Source: Pseudomonadota bacterium
GTDB lineage: Bacteria; Pseudomonadota; Alphaproteobacteria; UBA2136; JAPKEQ01
Length of the DNA: 64,000 nucleotides
Direction of reading: 5' to 3'
NCBI GenBank assembly: GCA_036141575.1
Contig: JAYZXF010000018.1
Location: forward strand, 613 to 64,612
Shown: piece by piece, positions 47,903-57,814 of the stretch
How the letters are laid out: the number at the start of each line of letters is the position of its first letter
How positions within the stretch are numbered: the stretch's first letter is position 1
The notes under the pieces: generated by a model
The model's input: only the letters and a program-made list of their open reading frames with translations
Database searches by the model: none
What the model was told of the DNA's origin: nothing
Position numbers and translations under genes: made by a program

Positions 47903-48373
47903 ATGAAACAGATTTTTATGACACTGGCTTGCTCAGCGCTTCTGCTGTCTGCATGTACGCAAGGTCAGGGCCCTAATAAGCAACAGATGGGTACAGCTCT
48001 TGGTGGCGTGCTTGGTGGTATCGCTGGTAACCAAATTGGTCAAGGCTCTGGTAACACGGCTGCAACAATTGGCGGCACACTTCTTGGTGCTTTCCTTGGC
48101 AACTCGATCGGCGCGTCTCTCGATCGTGCAGATATGATGTACTACAACCAAGCTGCTTCTCAAGCTTACAGCGCGCCAATCGGTCAGCAAATTAACTGGG
48201 CAAATCCACAGTCAGGGAACTCAGGAACCATTACACCTGTACGTGATGGTCGTGCAAGTAATGGAAGTTACTGTCGTGAGTTTCAGCAGACAATCTTTGT
48301 GGATGGTATGAACCAAACTGCTTACGGTGTGGCATGCCAACAGCCTGACGGAACTTGGAGAATCGTTAACTAA
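47903..48373 (+). CDS. 17-kDa surface antigen-type lipoprotein (glycine zipper)
   Basis: Lipobox LLSAC, Gly-zipper GGVLGGIAGNQIGQGSGNTAATIGGTLLGAFLGNSIG, C-terminal YCREFQQ...GVACQQPDGTW. Confidence 0.75.
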   Translation: MKQIFMTLACSALLLSACTQGQGPNKQQMGTALGGVLGGIAGNQIGQGSGNTAATIGGTLLGAFLGNSIGASLDRADMMYYNQAASQAYSAPIGQQINWANPQSGNSGTITPVRDGRASNGSYCREFQQTIFVDGMNQTAYGVACQQPDGTWRIVN

Positions 48374-48407
48374 CGTCTTCAAAATGTGTTAAAAAAGCAC
48401 ACCTATG

Positions 48408-48440
48408 CGCCCCCAAACCTTTGGGGGCGTTTTCTGTTTG
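48408..48440 (+). terminator. rho-independent terminator after the lipoprotein gene
   Basis: Stem cgcccccaa / ttgggggcg followed by TTTTCTGTTT. Confidence 0.85.
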
Positions 48441-48530
48441 TATGCAAATTGTTGATTTTGTTATTTGTGCTCCGTAGCATAGAAGGTGAATGTTTTTAAA
48501 TTTGTAACAATAAAATAAAAGGCAAAATCA

Positions 48531-49970
48531 ATGACTCAACCAGTTAAGCCGCAGCCAAAGATGTTTAACCCTTTGCGCGACTTCCTGCAGATGGAAGCAG
48601 CCGGTGGTATTATTCTTGTAATTTGTGCGGTTCTCGCAATGTTTATCGCAAATATCGAACCATGGGGGCACATGTATGAAGATATTCTTCACCATACACG
48701 TGCAGCTGTTTCTATTGGCGATTGGTCTATCAATAAAGATATCATTCACTGGATTAACGATGGTCTTATGGCAATTTTCTTCTTCCTTGTTGGTTTAGAG
48801 ATTAAGCGTGAAGTGCTTGAGGGTAAATTAAAAGGGCGTTCTCGCTATATGCTTCCAGTACTTGCTGCGATTGGTGGTATGGCTGCTCCGGCTCTTATTT
48901 ATACGTTCCTTAACATGGGTAACGATCAAGCAATGGTTGGGTGGGCGATTCCTGCTGCAACAGATATTGCCTTTGCTGTGGGTGTGATTATTCTTCTTGG
49001 TAAGCGCGTGCCTGTTGCACTTAAGGTTTTCCTGCTTGCGGTAGCAATTATTGATGATCTTGGCGCGATTATTATTATTGCCCTGTTCTACACAAGTAAC
49101 ATGAAGGTGGAAATGCTTTTATGGGCGCTACCATTCTTGTTTGGTTTATTTGCTCTTAACAAGATGAATGTGAACCGTTCTTCACTTTATGTTTTCCTTG
49201 GTATTTGTCTGTGGGTATGCGTGCTTAAGTCAGGTATCCATGCGACACTTGCAGGTGTAGTTGCCGCTTTTGCTGTGCCACTTTACGTGCCTCAGGAAAA
49301 GCGCTCTCTGCTTAAACAACTAGAACATAGTCTTCACCCATTTGTGGCCTTTATTGTTCTGCCAGTCTTTGCGTTTGCAAATGCAGGGGTTGCGCTTCAT
49401 GGTGCTTCAGTGGATATTCTGTTTGAATCTGTAACCTTGGGCGTTATTCTTGGTCTTGTTGTTGGTAAGCCTGTTGGTATCTTCCTGTTTACTTGGCTTG
49501 CAGAAAAATCAGGCCTTGCAAAGCTGCCTGATGGTGTGAATTATAAGCACGTGATCGGTGTAGGGTGTCTTGCTGGTATTGGTTTCACAATGAGTCTCTT
49601 TATTGGTACGCTTGGCTTTGTTGGAAATGAGCACTATTTAATGGACGCAAAGCTTGGAATTATGACGGGTTCTGTTATTTCTGCCATGCTTGGTGCTGTG
49701 CTGCTTATTATGGCTTGCCCTGCTGCAGTTGAGCAAGACTATAGTGAGCCTGGTTACGGTAAAGAGCCTAAGCCTGTAAAGGTGCCGGCTAAAAAAGCTG
49801 CGCCGAAGGTTGCTGTCAAAAAGCCTGTAGCTAAGAAAGCTGCACCGAAGAAGGCGCCAGCCAAAAAGGCTGCACCAAAAACAGCTGCCAAAAAAGCTCC
49901 AGCTAAAAAGCCGGCTGCTAAAAAGCCGGCTGCTAAAAAGGCACCAACTAAGAAAACAACGAAAAAATAA
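48531..49970 (+). CDS. nhaA: Na+/H+ antiporter NhaA with a ~69-aa Lys/Ala/Pro-rich C-terminal tail
   Basis: AIPAATDIAF and AIIDDLGAIIIIA motifs. The tail runs KKAAPKVAVKKPVAKKAAPKKAPAKKAAPK... Confidence 0.9.
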   Translation: MTQPVKPQPKMFNPLRDFLQMEAAGGIILVICAVLAMFIANIEPWGHMYEDILHHTRAAVSIGDWSINKDIIHWINDGLMAIFFFLVGLEIKREVLEGKLKGRSRYMLPVLAAIGGMAAPALIYTFLNMGNDQAMVGWAIPAATDIAFAVGVIILLGKRVPVALKVFLLAVAIIDDLGAIIIIALFYTSNMKVEMLLWALPFLFGLFALNKMNVNRSSLYVFLGICLWVCVLKSGIHATLAGVVAAFAVPLYVPQEKRSLLKQLEHSLHPFVAFIVLPVFAFANAGVALHGASVDILFESVTLGVILGLVVGKPVGIFLFTWLAEKSGLAKLPDGVNYKHVIGVGCLAGIGFTMSLFIGTLGFVGNEHYLMDAKLGIMTGSVISAMLGAVLLIMACPAAVEQDYSEPGYGKEPKPVKVPAKKAAPKVAVKKPVAKKAAPKKAPAKKAAPKTAAKKAPAKKPAAKKPAAKKAPTKKTTKK

Positions 49971-49989
49971 GTTGTTTGATCTTTAAGGA

Positions 49990-50018
49990 AAGGGTGCTGT
50001 GCGCACCCTTTCTTTTTT
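49990..50018 (+). terminator. rho-independent terminator after nhaA
   Basis: Stem aagggtgc / gcaccctt followed by TCTTTTTT. Confidence 0.85.
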
Positions 50019-50078
50019 CCTGTGAATACAGTGTGGAAAACACTTGGGATTTAGATCTGTTTAAGCTAAAGTGAGCCC

Positions 50079-51770
50079 ATGCAACGCGTTAAAAATATAG
50101 GTCCATTTTTAAGGACAATTCGTTATGTGCCACCAAGTAATTTGGTGCGTCGCATTGTACGACGAGTGAAGTCTTCTTATTACACAACACCAGCATTTTC
50201 ATTGTTTGAAAAGGTGCATAATCCAGTAGATAGCTTGATGCTTAGCCCACCAGCTTTATGGAAGGGTGACGCTAAGAAGGGGGCTCTTGTTGCTGAAAAT
50301 CAGTTTAGCTATGTAGGGCGTGATGTGAACTTTGGTACACAGATTGATTGGTTCCCAAAGCAGGTTTCAGCGTTGTGGATGTTTCATTTACACTATCATG
50401 ATGACCTTGCAGATTTTGCTGCAATGAAGAGTAAAGGTGTTGAGCCTGCTGTAAACTATATCCGTAGTTGGATTGACGAGTGTGGTGGCTACCATAAAAC
50501 AGCTTGGCACCCATACCCAATGTCTTTGCGTTTGGTGAACTGGTTTACTTACTACGATTCTTTTGAAAAAGGTATGGATGACGAGTTAAGAGCTGACTTT
50601 TGGGAATGTGTTTCTTGGCAGGTTGAGCTCCTAAAACGTTCTCTTGAAACAGACATTGGTGGAAACCACCTCATTAAAAATATTAAAGCGCTTATCTATG
50701 CCGGCCTTTGCTTGAAAGGGCATCAATCAGACTATCTAGATGCCATGGCGCTTCTTCTTCAAGAAATTAAAATTCAAGTGCTGCCAGATGGTGGTCACTA
50801 TGAGCGTAGCCCTCACTATCATGCAATTGTTTTGAAAGACCTTCTTGATATCCATGCGCTTGTTCTAAAAGCAGGTCAAACACCTCCGCATGAATTAGAT
50901 GCTGCCATTGATGCTATGGCTGAAGCACTTGCCTTTATGGTTTACCCGGATGGGCACCTCGGATTGTTTAATGATAGCGTTTTAGGAAATGCTAAAGATA
51001 TTACAGCAATCATGAAGCGCACTGGTGTGAAGAACACGAAGAATGCACAGTTAGCTGAAACAGGTTATGTGCGTTTGAATCGTAAAAAGACATTCTTGTT
51101 TATGGATGCGGGGCTATGTTGCCCTGATAGTTTACCTGGTCATGCTCATGCAGATATGCTGTCTTTTGAGCTTTCAATTGGTGGCGAACGTGTGATTGTG
51201 AACCAAGGCACATACGGCTATCAACATAAAAACCGTAATCAAATGCGCGGTACTCAGGCGCATTCAACGCTTTGCTATGATAAGCAGGATAGCGCTGAGG
51301 TATGGCATGTGTTTAGGCTTGGTCGACGCCCGCGTAAAGTGGAGGCTCTTCTAAAAGAAGAAACAGGAACAGGTATTGGTGTAGATGCCTCTCATGATGG
51401 TTATAGGCATCTTGGCCTAACGCATCATCGACGTATTTTTATGTCAGAAGATGGTTTGGACATTCGTGGTGAGGATACGCTTATTTCTAAGCGTAACAAA
51501 AATGGTGAAAAGAGTGCGACTATTCATTTCCATTTATCACCTCATGTGCATGTGCAGCAGCGCAATGAAAAAGAAATTGAGATCCAGACAAAAGATAACG
51601 GTAAGATTTCATTTAAAGTGCAAGGTGCACGTTTGTATGATGCGCAAAGTGTTTACGCTCCGCAGTTTGGTGAAAAAGAGCTTTCACGACAGATTGTGCT
51701 AAGTGTTCCTGTTAAAGGAAAAGAAACAACGGTAAGATGGGCACTTAAAGTGCTGAAAAATGGAAGGTAG
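50079..51770 (+). CDS. heparinase II/III-like protein
   Basis: GGNHLIKN and PGHAHADMLSFEL motifs typical of the Hepar_II_III family. Confidence 0.75.
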   Translation: MQRVKNIGPFLRTIRYVPPSNLVRRIVRRVKSSYYTTPAFSLFEKVHNPVDSLMLSPPALWKGDAKKGALVAENQFSYVGRDVNFGTQIDWFPKQVSALWMFHLHYHDDLADFAAMKSKGVEPAVNYIRSWIDECGGYHKTAWHPYPMSLRLVNWFTYYDSFEKGMDDELRADFWECVSWQVELLKRSLETDIGGNHLIKNIKALIYAGLCLKGHQSDYLDAMALLLQEIKIQVLPDGGHYERSPHYHAIVLKDLLDIHALVLKAGQTPPHELDAAIDAMAEALAFMVYPDGHLGLFNDSVLGNAKDITAIMKRTGVKNTKNAQLAETGYVRLNRKKTFLFMDAGLCCPDSLPGHAHADMLSFELSIGGERVIVNQGTYGYQHKNRNQMRGTQAHSTLCYDKQDSAEVWHVFRLGRRPRKVEALLKEETGTGIGVDASHDGYRHLGLTHHRRIFMSEDGLDIRGEDTLISKRNKNGEKSATIHFHLSPHVHVQQRNEKEIEIQTKDNGKISFKVQGARLYDAQSVYAPQFGEKELSRQIVLSVPVKGKETTVRWALKVLKNGR

Positions 51771-51774
51771 AGGC

Positions 51775-52794
51775 ATGAAGCGCCCTGAAAATAAATCGTT
51801 TATTATTATTGGTGGAATGCTCGTGGCTTGGGTTATTTTTATTGCGATTGGTCTTGCGATGCGCCCAGAGAAAGCAAACCCTGTTGCTGAAATTCTCGCA
51901 CAATTTGAAGCGGCTCAAAAAGCACTACAAAATGAAGATTTGAGAACACTGAAGGCGCTTGCGGATATGAACGCGATTGCCTCAAGTGTTGCTTCAGATA
52001 TTGTAGATATTCCAGATGAACAGTCAGCAATGGGCTCTGCTATTGTTGATAATGTTGCAAAATCTCTTCTTTCTGAGTTTGAAACATTGATGAAAGATCA
52101 AGCTGGTGAGGCGCCTGCACCTCATACTGTGTTGGGGCAGGTGTATTTGAGTCTAGTCGGTTCAAACTCTGCACAAATGCATTTAAAGGGTGTTTCTGTG
52201 ACAGATGTTGTCGAAAGTTCAGCGCTTATGACCATGACATGGCAGCGTGATGATGTCAGCCTAACCTTCCCTCTTTCTATGGAGATGTTTGTGAAGGATG
52301 ATCTATGGACATTTGGTACTGTAAGGGGGTTGGAAGAAGCTTTTGAGATGATTAATGAGCGCCAAGACGCTTTACTCGAAGCAAAAAATAAGAAAATTTT
52401 AGATGCGCTTAAAAATACTGTTGCACTCGATCGAGCTGAAATTTCTACAGCAATTTCTACAGAAGAAGGTGGCGCGCCACGCGTGATGTTGTTTATGGCT
52501 GTGAAGAATATTTCAGAGAAAGATATTAAAACATACCATGCAACAGTTTCTATTGCTGATAATGAAGGAACTATTTTAAAGGCATTTGACCTTTCAGATA
52601 CAGACACGTTTGTATCTGGTAAGCTTACAGAAAAGTCATGGCCAATCTTTTTGGATATTGATGATGATTTTGAAAAACAAATTTTAATTAAGCCTGCAGA
52701 AGAACTTTCTATTAGTTTAAATGTGAATGAAGTGACTTACGCTGATGGAGAGGTTCTTATGCCTCTTTCTAAAGGTGAGAGACAAGGAGAATAA
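51775..52794 (+). CDS. membrane-anchored hypothetical protein in the polysaccharide locus
   Basis: Single N-terminal TM (FIIIGGMLVAWVIFIAIGLAM), then a ~300-aa acidic domain. No family recognised. Confidence 0.5.
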   Translation: MKRPENKSFIIIGGMLVAWVIFIAIGLAMRPEKANPVAEILAQFEAAQKALQNEDLRTLKALADMNAIASSVASDIVDIPDEQSAMGSAIVDNVAKSLLSEFETLMKDQAGEAPAPHTVLGQVYLSLVGSNSAQMHLKGVSVTDVVESSALMTMTWQRDDVSLTFPLSMEMFVKDDLWTFGTVRGLEEAFEMINERQDALLEAKNKKILDALKNTVALDRAEISTAISTEEGGAPRVMLFMAVKNISEKDIKTYHATVSIADNEGTILKAFDLSDTDTFVSGKLTEKSWPIFLDIDDDFEKQILIKPAEELSISLNVNEVTYADGEVLMPLSKGERQGE

Positions 52795-52797
52795 GCC

Positions 52798-54093
52798 GTG
52801 AAAATATGGTTGATTTGTCAATTTTTTGGACCTGAACCAGGGGCACCTTCTGCACGCCTTGGTGGGTTTGCAAGTTTTTGGAATCGTTCTGACCAGAATG
52901 TAACAGTTCTTACAAGTATGCCAAATCATCCGTACGGTAAAGTGTATGGGGAGTATAAGGACAAAGGCTTCTTCCACGAGGAAAATATTGATGGTGTTTC
53001 TGTTAAGCGCCATAGCTATTATATGACAGCCAATGAAGGGATTGTGTTGAAGGCGCTTTCTCAATTGATGTTTGCTTTTGTAGTTCTGTTCAAAAACTTG
53101 TTTGCTGCGCAACAAGAGCGTCCAGATGTGATTGTAGTGAGCTCGCCTTCTTTCTTTGTTGCTATTACGGCATGGATTCTTTCTAAGCGCTATAAAGTGC
53201 CATTTGTTTTTGAGGTGCGTGATATTTGGCCAGGTATCTTCTTGGAGCTTGGCGTTCTGAAACGCGGTTTCTTGTATAACCTGTTAGAGAAAATAGAGCT
53301 GTTTCTATACCGTCGTGCTGCAGCAATTGTGACAGTAACACGTGGCTTTGGTCAGGATATGATTAACCGCGGCATTGATGGCAGTAAGATCTTTATTATT
53401 ACAAATGGTGTGAGTGAGCATGATATTGCACGTGCTTCTGACCCTGAGCTAGATAACAAAGTTGCAAAGCTTAAAACGGATTTACAAATTAATCCACTTA
53501 GCAAAGTTATCCTTTATATTGGTAACCATGGTGTATCTCAAGCCCTAGGGCAGGTGGTTGATGCGGCGCGTATTTTAATGGCGCGCACAGATTTTGTATT
53601 CGTATTTGTAGGTGAGGGTGGTGATAAAGACCGTTTGAAACGCATTGCCACAGGTATGCCAAACATTCAATTTTACCCTTCTCAGCCAAAAGATAAAGTT
53701 TGGGAGTTTTACCACCTTGCTTATGCGTGCCTTGTACCGCTGAAGGACATTAAAGGCTTTGATACTTTCATCCCTTCTAAAATGTTTGAGGTTATGGCAA
53801 GTGGAACACCTGTACTTGGGTGTGTACGTGGTGAAGCTGCACAAATTATGGAAGATAGTGGCGCCGCTGTTGTGCTTCCACCAGAAGAACCTGAAAAACT
53901 TGCACAAGCAATTATGAACCTTGTTGATGACGCGTCTTATGCAGAGCGCCTTTCTGCTGCTGGGCCTGAGTTTGTGAAGAAGAAGTACAGTCACGCTCTA
54001 CTTGCTGGTCAATACCTCAATATTCTTCAGCAGGTGACAGGTCAAAAAGAAGCTCCTAAAGAAGAGACTGTAAAGGAGCAAAATGTCGGCTAA
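52798..54093 (+). CDS. glycosyltransferase family 4, WbuB-like
   Basis: GTG start with AAGGAG 9 nt upstream. MKIWLICQFFGPEPGAPSARL N-terminus and a GT-B C-terminal domain. Confidence 0.8.
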   Translation: MKIWLICQFFGPEPGAPSARLGGFASFWNRSDQNVTVLTSMPNHPYGKVYGEYKDKGFFHEENIDGVSVKRHSYYMTANEGIVLKALSQLMFAFVVLFKNLFAAQQERPDVIVVSSPSFFVAITAWILSKRYKVPFVFEVRDIWPGIFLELGVLKRGFLYNLLEKIELFLYRRAAAIVTVTRGFGQDMINRGIDGSKIFIITNGVSEHDIARASDPELDNKVAKLKTDLQINPLSKVILYIGNHGVSQALGQVVDAARILMARTDFVFVFVGEGGDKDRLKRIATGMPNIQFYPSQPKDKVWEFYHLAYACLVPLKDIKGFDTFIPSKMFEVMASGTPVLGCVRGEAAQIMEDSGAAVVLPPEEPEKLAQAIMNLVDDASYAERLSAAGPEFVKKKYSHALLAGQYLNILQQVTGQKEAPKEETVKEQNVG

Positions 54094-54952
54094 ACGTGTC
54101 CTCCTGATTGGAGCAACAGGTTTTACAGGGCGAAGGCTTTATCATACATTGAAAGACAAGGCTGATGTGATATGTTTTGTACGTCAAACTTCTGATGTCT
54201 CTAGCCTTGGCTCTGACGTTAAACTGGTTTACGGAGACCTCTCTGATATTGATGCTTTAAAAGCAGCAATGCACGATATGGAAGAGCTTATTTATGCTGC
54301 GCCTTTAGAGGGTGGCCATGGTGAAAATGCTGTTCAGGCAGCAGAAGCATCAGGAATTGGACGTGCCATCTTTATTTCTACAACAGGTATCCTAACAACG
54401 CTTGATCCAGAGCTGAAAGAGAAACGTCTTGCTGTTGAAAAAGCCATTCAAGACTCAAGCCTGTCATGGACAATTATTCGACCAACTATGATTTACGGCC
54501 GTGCTGGAGATAGAAACATGGAACGCCTTGTGAGATGGTTGAAGAAATATCCAGTGTTCTTTATGCCGGGGGGCGGTAAGTGTTTGCAGCAACCTGTTCA
54601 TGTTGATGATCTGGTTGATGGTATTATGAGGGCTTGGTCTAAAAAGATTGCGCGTAAGAAAATCTATACGATGAGTGGTAAAGAATCAGAACCACTGGTT
54701 GATGTTGTAAAGACCATTGCAGGAAAACTTCATAGAAAAGTGTGGGCGATTTCTGTCCCGATTATGCCTTTTGTTTTAATGTTGCGCTTTTATGAACGCT
54801 TCACTTACAATTCAAAGCTAAAAGCTGATCAAATTCAAAGGCTCAGCGAAGATAAAGCCTTTGATCATGACTTGGCAAAAGAAGACCTTGGGTTTAAACC
54901 CCGCACATTTGCAGAGGGAATAGATATTTTAATAAAAGAGCTCGCAGTATGA
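54083..54952 (+). CDS. NAD-dependent epimerase/dehydratase family (atypical SDR) protein
   Basis: VLLIGATGFTGRRL Rossmann motif. Confidence 0.75.
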   Translation: MSAKRVLLIGATGFTGRRLYHTLKDKADVICFVRQTSDVSSLGSDVKLVYGDLSDIDALKAAMHDMEELIYAAPLEGGHGENAVQAAEASGIGRAIFISTTGILTTLDPELKEKRLAVEKAIQDSSLSWTIIRPTMIYGRAGDRNMERLVRWLKKYPVFFMPGGGKCLQQPVHVDDLVDGIMRAWSKKIARKKIYTMSGKESEPLVDVVKTIAGKLHRKVWAISVPIMPFVLMLRFYERFTYNSKLKADQIQRLSEDKAFDHDLAKEDLGFKPRTFAEGIDILIKELAV

Positions 54953-55938
54953 TTGATTTTGCATTGGTATTTGGAAGTTTCTTGCTTACGGCCCTGCTTA
55001 TGGGGCGTGTAATTGCATGGAGCAAATCTTTTGGACTTATTGATGAGGTGAACAAACGTTCTTCTCATAAAGAGCCAACGCCAAGGGGGGGTGGTATTAT
55101 TATTGTGCTGATGACACTTCTTGCAGGTATTGTTTATACAGGTTATTTAATGAAATCAGCAGATGGAGCAGTGCCTTGGTTTCTTATTGCTCTGTTAGGT
55201 GGAGGCGCTCTTGTTGCTTTTGTTGGTTTGATGGATGATAAGCACGGTCTTTCAGCGAAGGTTCGTCTTTTGTCACAGGTTGTAGCTGTTGCGCCTGTTG
55301 TTTATTTTTTACCTCATATTATGACGTTTATGCCGGTATGGGCAGATAAAGCAATTTTCTTCTTCCTGTGGATTTGGTTTATTAACCTGTACAACTTTAT
55401 GGATGGTATTGATGGTTTAGCTGGTGCTCAAGCAGTCTTTCTTGGCGCTGCTATGAGCCTGTTTAGCCCGTTCTTTAAACCTATTGCTCTTGTAATTGCT
55501 GGAAGCTCAATGGGATTCTTACGTGTAAATGTTTCTGTAAAACGCCCAGCTAAAATCTTTATGGGTGATGTGGGCAGTACGTTTCTTGGCTATATGTTTG
55601 CAGGGCTTATTTTTTATTCTGCAACATGGGATACGCTTCTGGCGTTCCTTGCGTTAACACTTGTGTTTAGTGGGGATGCAACATTTACACTTATTAAACG
55701 CCTGATGCAGGGCAAAAAGCCTTGGCATGCACATAAAGAACACTTTTATCAGCGTGCCGTTCATAATGTTGGGATGAGCCATACAGATGTGGTCGTGAAA
55801 GCAACCTTTGTAAACACAGCCCTTCTTGTTGCTGTTATGGTTGGTCTGGTTTCTGGTTTTGGTCCTTGGGTCTTTGTTGTAGGTCTTGCGATTGTGGCAT
55901 ACCCTGCACACCGTATTTCTAAGTTGGAAGGAAAATAA
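54949..55938 (+). CDS. polyprenyl-phosphate N-acetylhexosamine-1-phosphate transferase (WecA/WbpL family)
   Basis: Polytopic; GLMDDKHGL and NLYNFMDGIDGL motifs. Confidence 0.85.
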   Translation: MIDFALVFGSFLLTALLMGRVIAWSKSFGLIDEVNKRSSHKEPTPRGGGIIIVLMTLLAGIVYTGYLMKSADGAVPWFLIALLGGGALVAFVGLMDDKHGLSAKVRLLSQVVAVAPVVYFLPHIMTFMPVWADKAIFFFLWIWFINLYNFMDGIDGLAGAQAVFLGAAMSLFSPFFKPIALVIAGSSMGFLRVNVSVKRPAKIFMGDVGSTFLGYMFAGLIFYSATWDTLLAFLALTLVFSGDATFTLIKRLMQGKKPWHAHKEHFYQRAVHNVGMSHTDVVVKATFVNTALLVAVMVGLVSGFGPWVFVVGLAIVAYPAHRISKLEGK

Positions 55939-57803
55939 TGCGCGGCCTTATTACTCTTTTTTATGATGCGATCATTGGTGGTGCTGCGCTTTATCTTGCA
56001 CTTCTTTTACGCTTTGGTGGAGAAATCCCAGCAACGTCAGAGGCACCACTCTACGCTGTGCCTTATGCCATTATTTGCCTAATTACTTTTGGTCTTTTAG
56101 GGATGCAGCGCCGCATGTGGCGTTATACCTCTACATCAGATGCAGTTGCACTTTCATATGCGGTTGCACTTTCTATTATGGTTACAGCGAGCCTTATGTT
56201 TACAGTGACGCGCCTTGAGCATTTCCCGCGTACAGCTTTTCCAATTCTATTGATGTTGCATGTGGCTCTTTCTATGTTTCCGCGTTTTATTTACAAGCGC
56301 ATGTCTGAGAAAAAGTCAGGTGTTAAGCGCACAGGTCAAAAACCTAAAAATGCCCTTGTGATTGGTACAGGCGGTGCGGCGGATCTCTTTTTGAAAGATG
56401 TACAGAGACAAAGTTCAGCTTCTTATAAAATTCTCGGTATTCTTGATGATGATAAAGGGAAGCAAAACCGCCTCATGCACGGTGTGCGTATTCTAGGTGC
56501 TGTTGCTCAGCTTGAAGCTGTTCTTAATAAGCTGGACAAATCTCGTCGCCGTATTGATATGCTTATTCTCTCTGAGCCAGGTCTTACATTGAATAAAACG
56601 ATTTTGGAAGTCGCTCAGGATAAATCTCTTCTCGTTAAACGTCTGCCAAGTTTGCAGGATATGCAAGACGGTGAAAAACTGTCTAACTTGAAGCCTGTAA
56701 TGATTGAAGATCTGTTGCGTCGTAAACCTGTGCAATTGGATGATGCGGCTCTTGAATCTTTTGTGGCTGGTAAACGTGTGTTGATTACAGGTGCTGGTGG
56801 GTCTATTGGTTCTGAAATTTGTAGACAAATTGCAATGAGAAACCCTCAGCATATTACTTTATTAGACCACTCAGAGTATGCCCTTTACGGCATTGATATG
56901 GAGCTGTCACGTAAGTTTCCTGAAGTGAAGAAGTCACCTGTTCTTGCAAATGTTCGTGAACGCACAATACTTGGCGATGTTTTTAAAGAAGGTCAGTTTG
57001 ATGTGGTTTTCCATGCAGCGGCCTATAAGCATGTGCCACTTGTTGAAGCCAATGCGATTTCTGGCGTAGCTACTAATATGATTGGTACCAGCCATGTTGC
57101 AGACCTTTGTGCTGAGAATGGTGTAGAAAGCATGGTGATTATTAGTACAGATAAAGCCGTGAACCCAACCAATGTGATGGGGGCAACAAAACGTGCCGCT
57201 GAGCTGTACTGCCAGAACCATGAAGGCAAAACAAATTATGTGACGGTTCGTTTTGGTAATGTACTTGGATCGACAGGGTCTGTGGTGCCGCTTTTCCAAA
57301 AGCAAATCCGTGAAGGTGGGCCAGTAACAATCACGCATAAAGATATGACACGTTACTTTATGACGATTCCTGAAGCTGTTCAGCTTGTTATTCAGGCAGC
57401 AGCCCTTGAAATTAAAGAACAGAACCCTATTTATATGCTGAACATGGGTGACCCTGTTCGTATTTACGACCTCGCTGAAGACATGATTCGTTTGAGTGGT
57501 CTTGAGGTTGGTCGTGATATTGAGATTAAAGAGGTGGGGCTGCGCCCAGGTGAAAAGCTATTTGAAGAGTTAAGTTACGATAGTGAAACTATGGTAAAAA
57601 CTGCCCATAAAGATATTTTCTGTGTAAACCCTGTGTCACTTGACACGAAAGTGGTTAAGGCGCAGTGTGAAGCTGTAAAGAAGGCTTGTGAAATTGGTGA
57701 TGTACAAGGTGCTGTAGATGGTATTATGGCGCTTGTAGAAGAATATACACCAGCGGAAAATAGCCCTTATTACAAACCGCAAAATGAAACAAAAGCTTCT
57801 TAA
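55938..57803 (+). CDS. membrane-bound UDP-HexNAc 4,6-dehydratase family protein (CapD/WbpM/PglF type)
   Basis: Four N-terminal TM helices; GAGGSIGSE Rossmann motif; AAAYKHVPLVE. Confidence 0.85.
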   Translation: MRGLITLFYDAIIGGAALYLALLLRFGGEIPATSEAPLYAVPYAIICLITFGLLGMQRRMWRYTSTSDAVALSYAVALSIMVTASLMFTVTRLEHFPRTAFPILLMLHVALSMFPRFIYKRMSEKKSGVKRTGQKPKNALVIGTGGAADLFLKDVQRQSSASYKILGILDDDKGKQNRLMHGVRILGAVAQLEAVLNKLDKSRRRIDMLILSEPGLTLNKTILEVAQDKSLLVKRLPSLQDMQDGEKLSNLKPVMIEDLLRRKPVQLDDAALESFVAGKRVLITGAGGSIGSEICRQIAMRNPQHITLLDHSEYALYGIDMELSRKFPEVKKSPVLANVRERTILGDVFKEGQFDVVFHAAAYKHVPLVEANAISGVATNMIGTSHVADLCAENGVESMVIISTDKAVNPTNVMGATKRAAELYCQNHEGKTNYVTVRFGNVLGSTGSVVPLFQKQIREGGPVTITHKDMTRYFMTIPEAVQLVIQAAALEIKEQNPIYMLNMGDPVRIYDLAEDMIRLSGLEVGRDIEIKEVGLRPGEKLFEELSYDSETMVKTAHKDIFCVNPVSLDTKVVKAQCEAVKKACEIGDVQGAVDGIMALVEEYTPAENSPYYKPQNETKAS

Positions 57804-57814
57804 GGAGAAGTACG

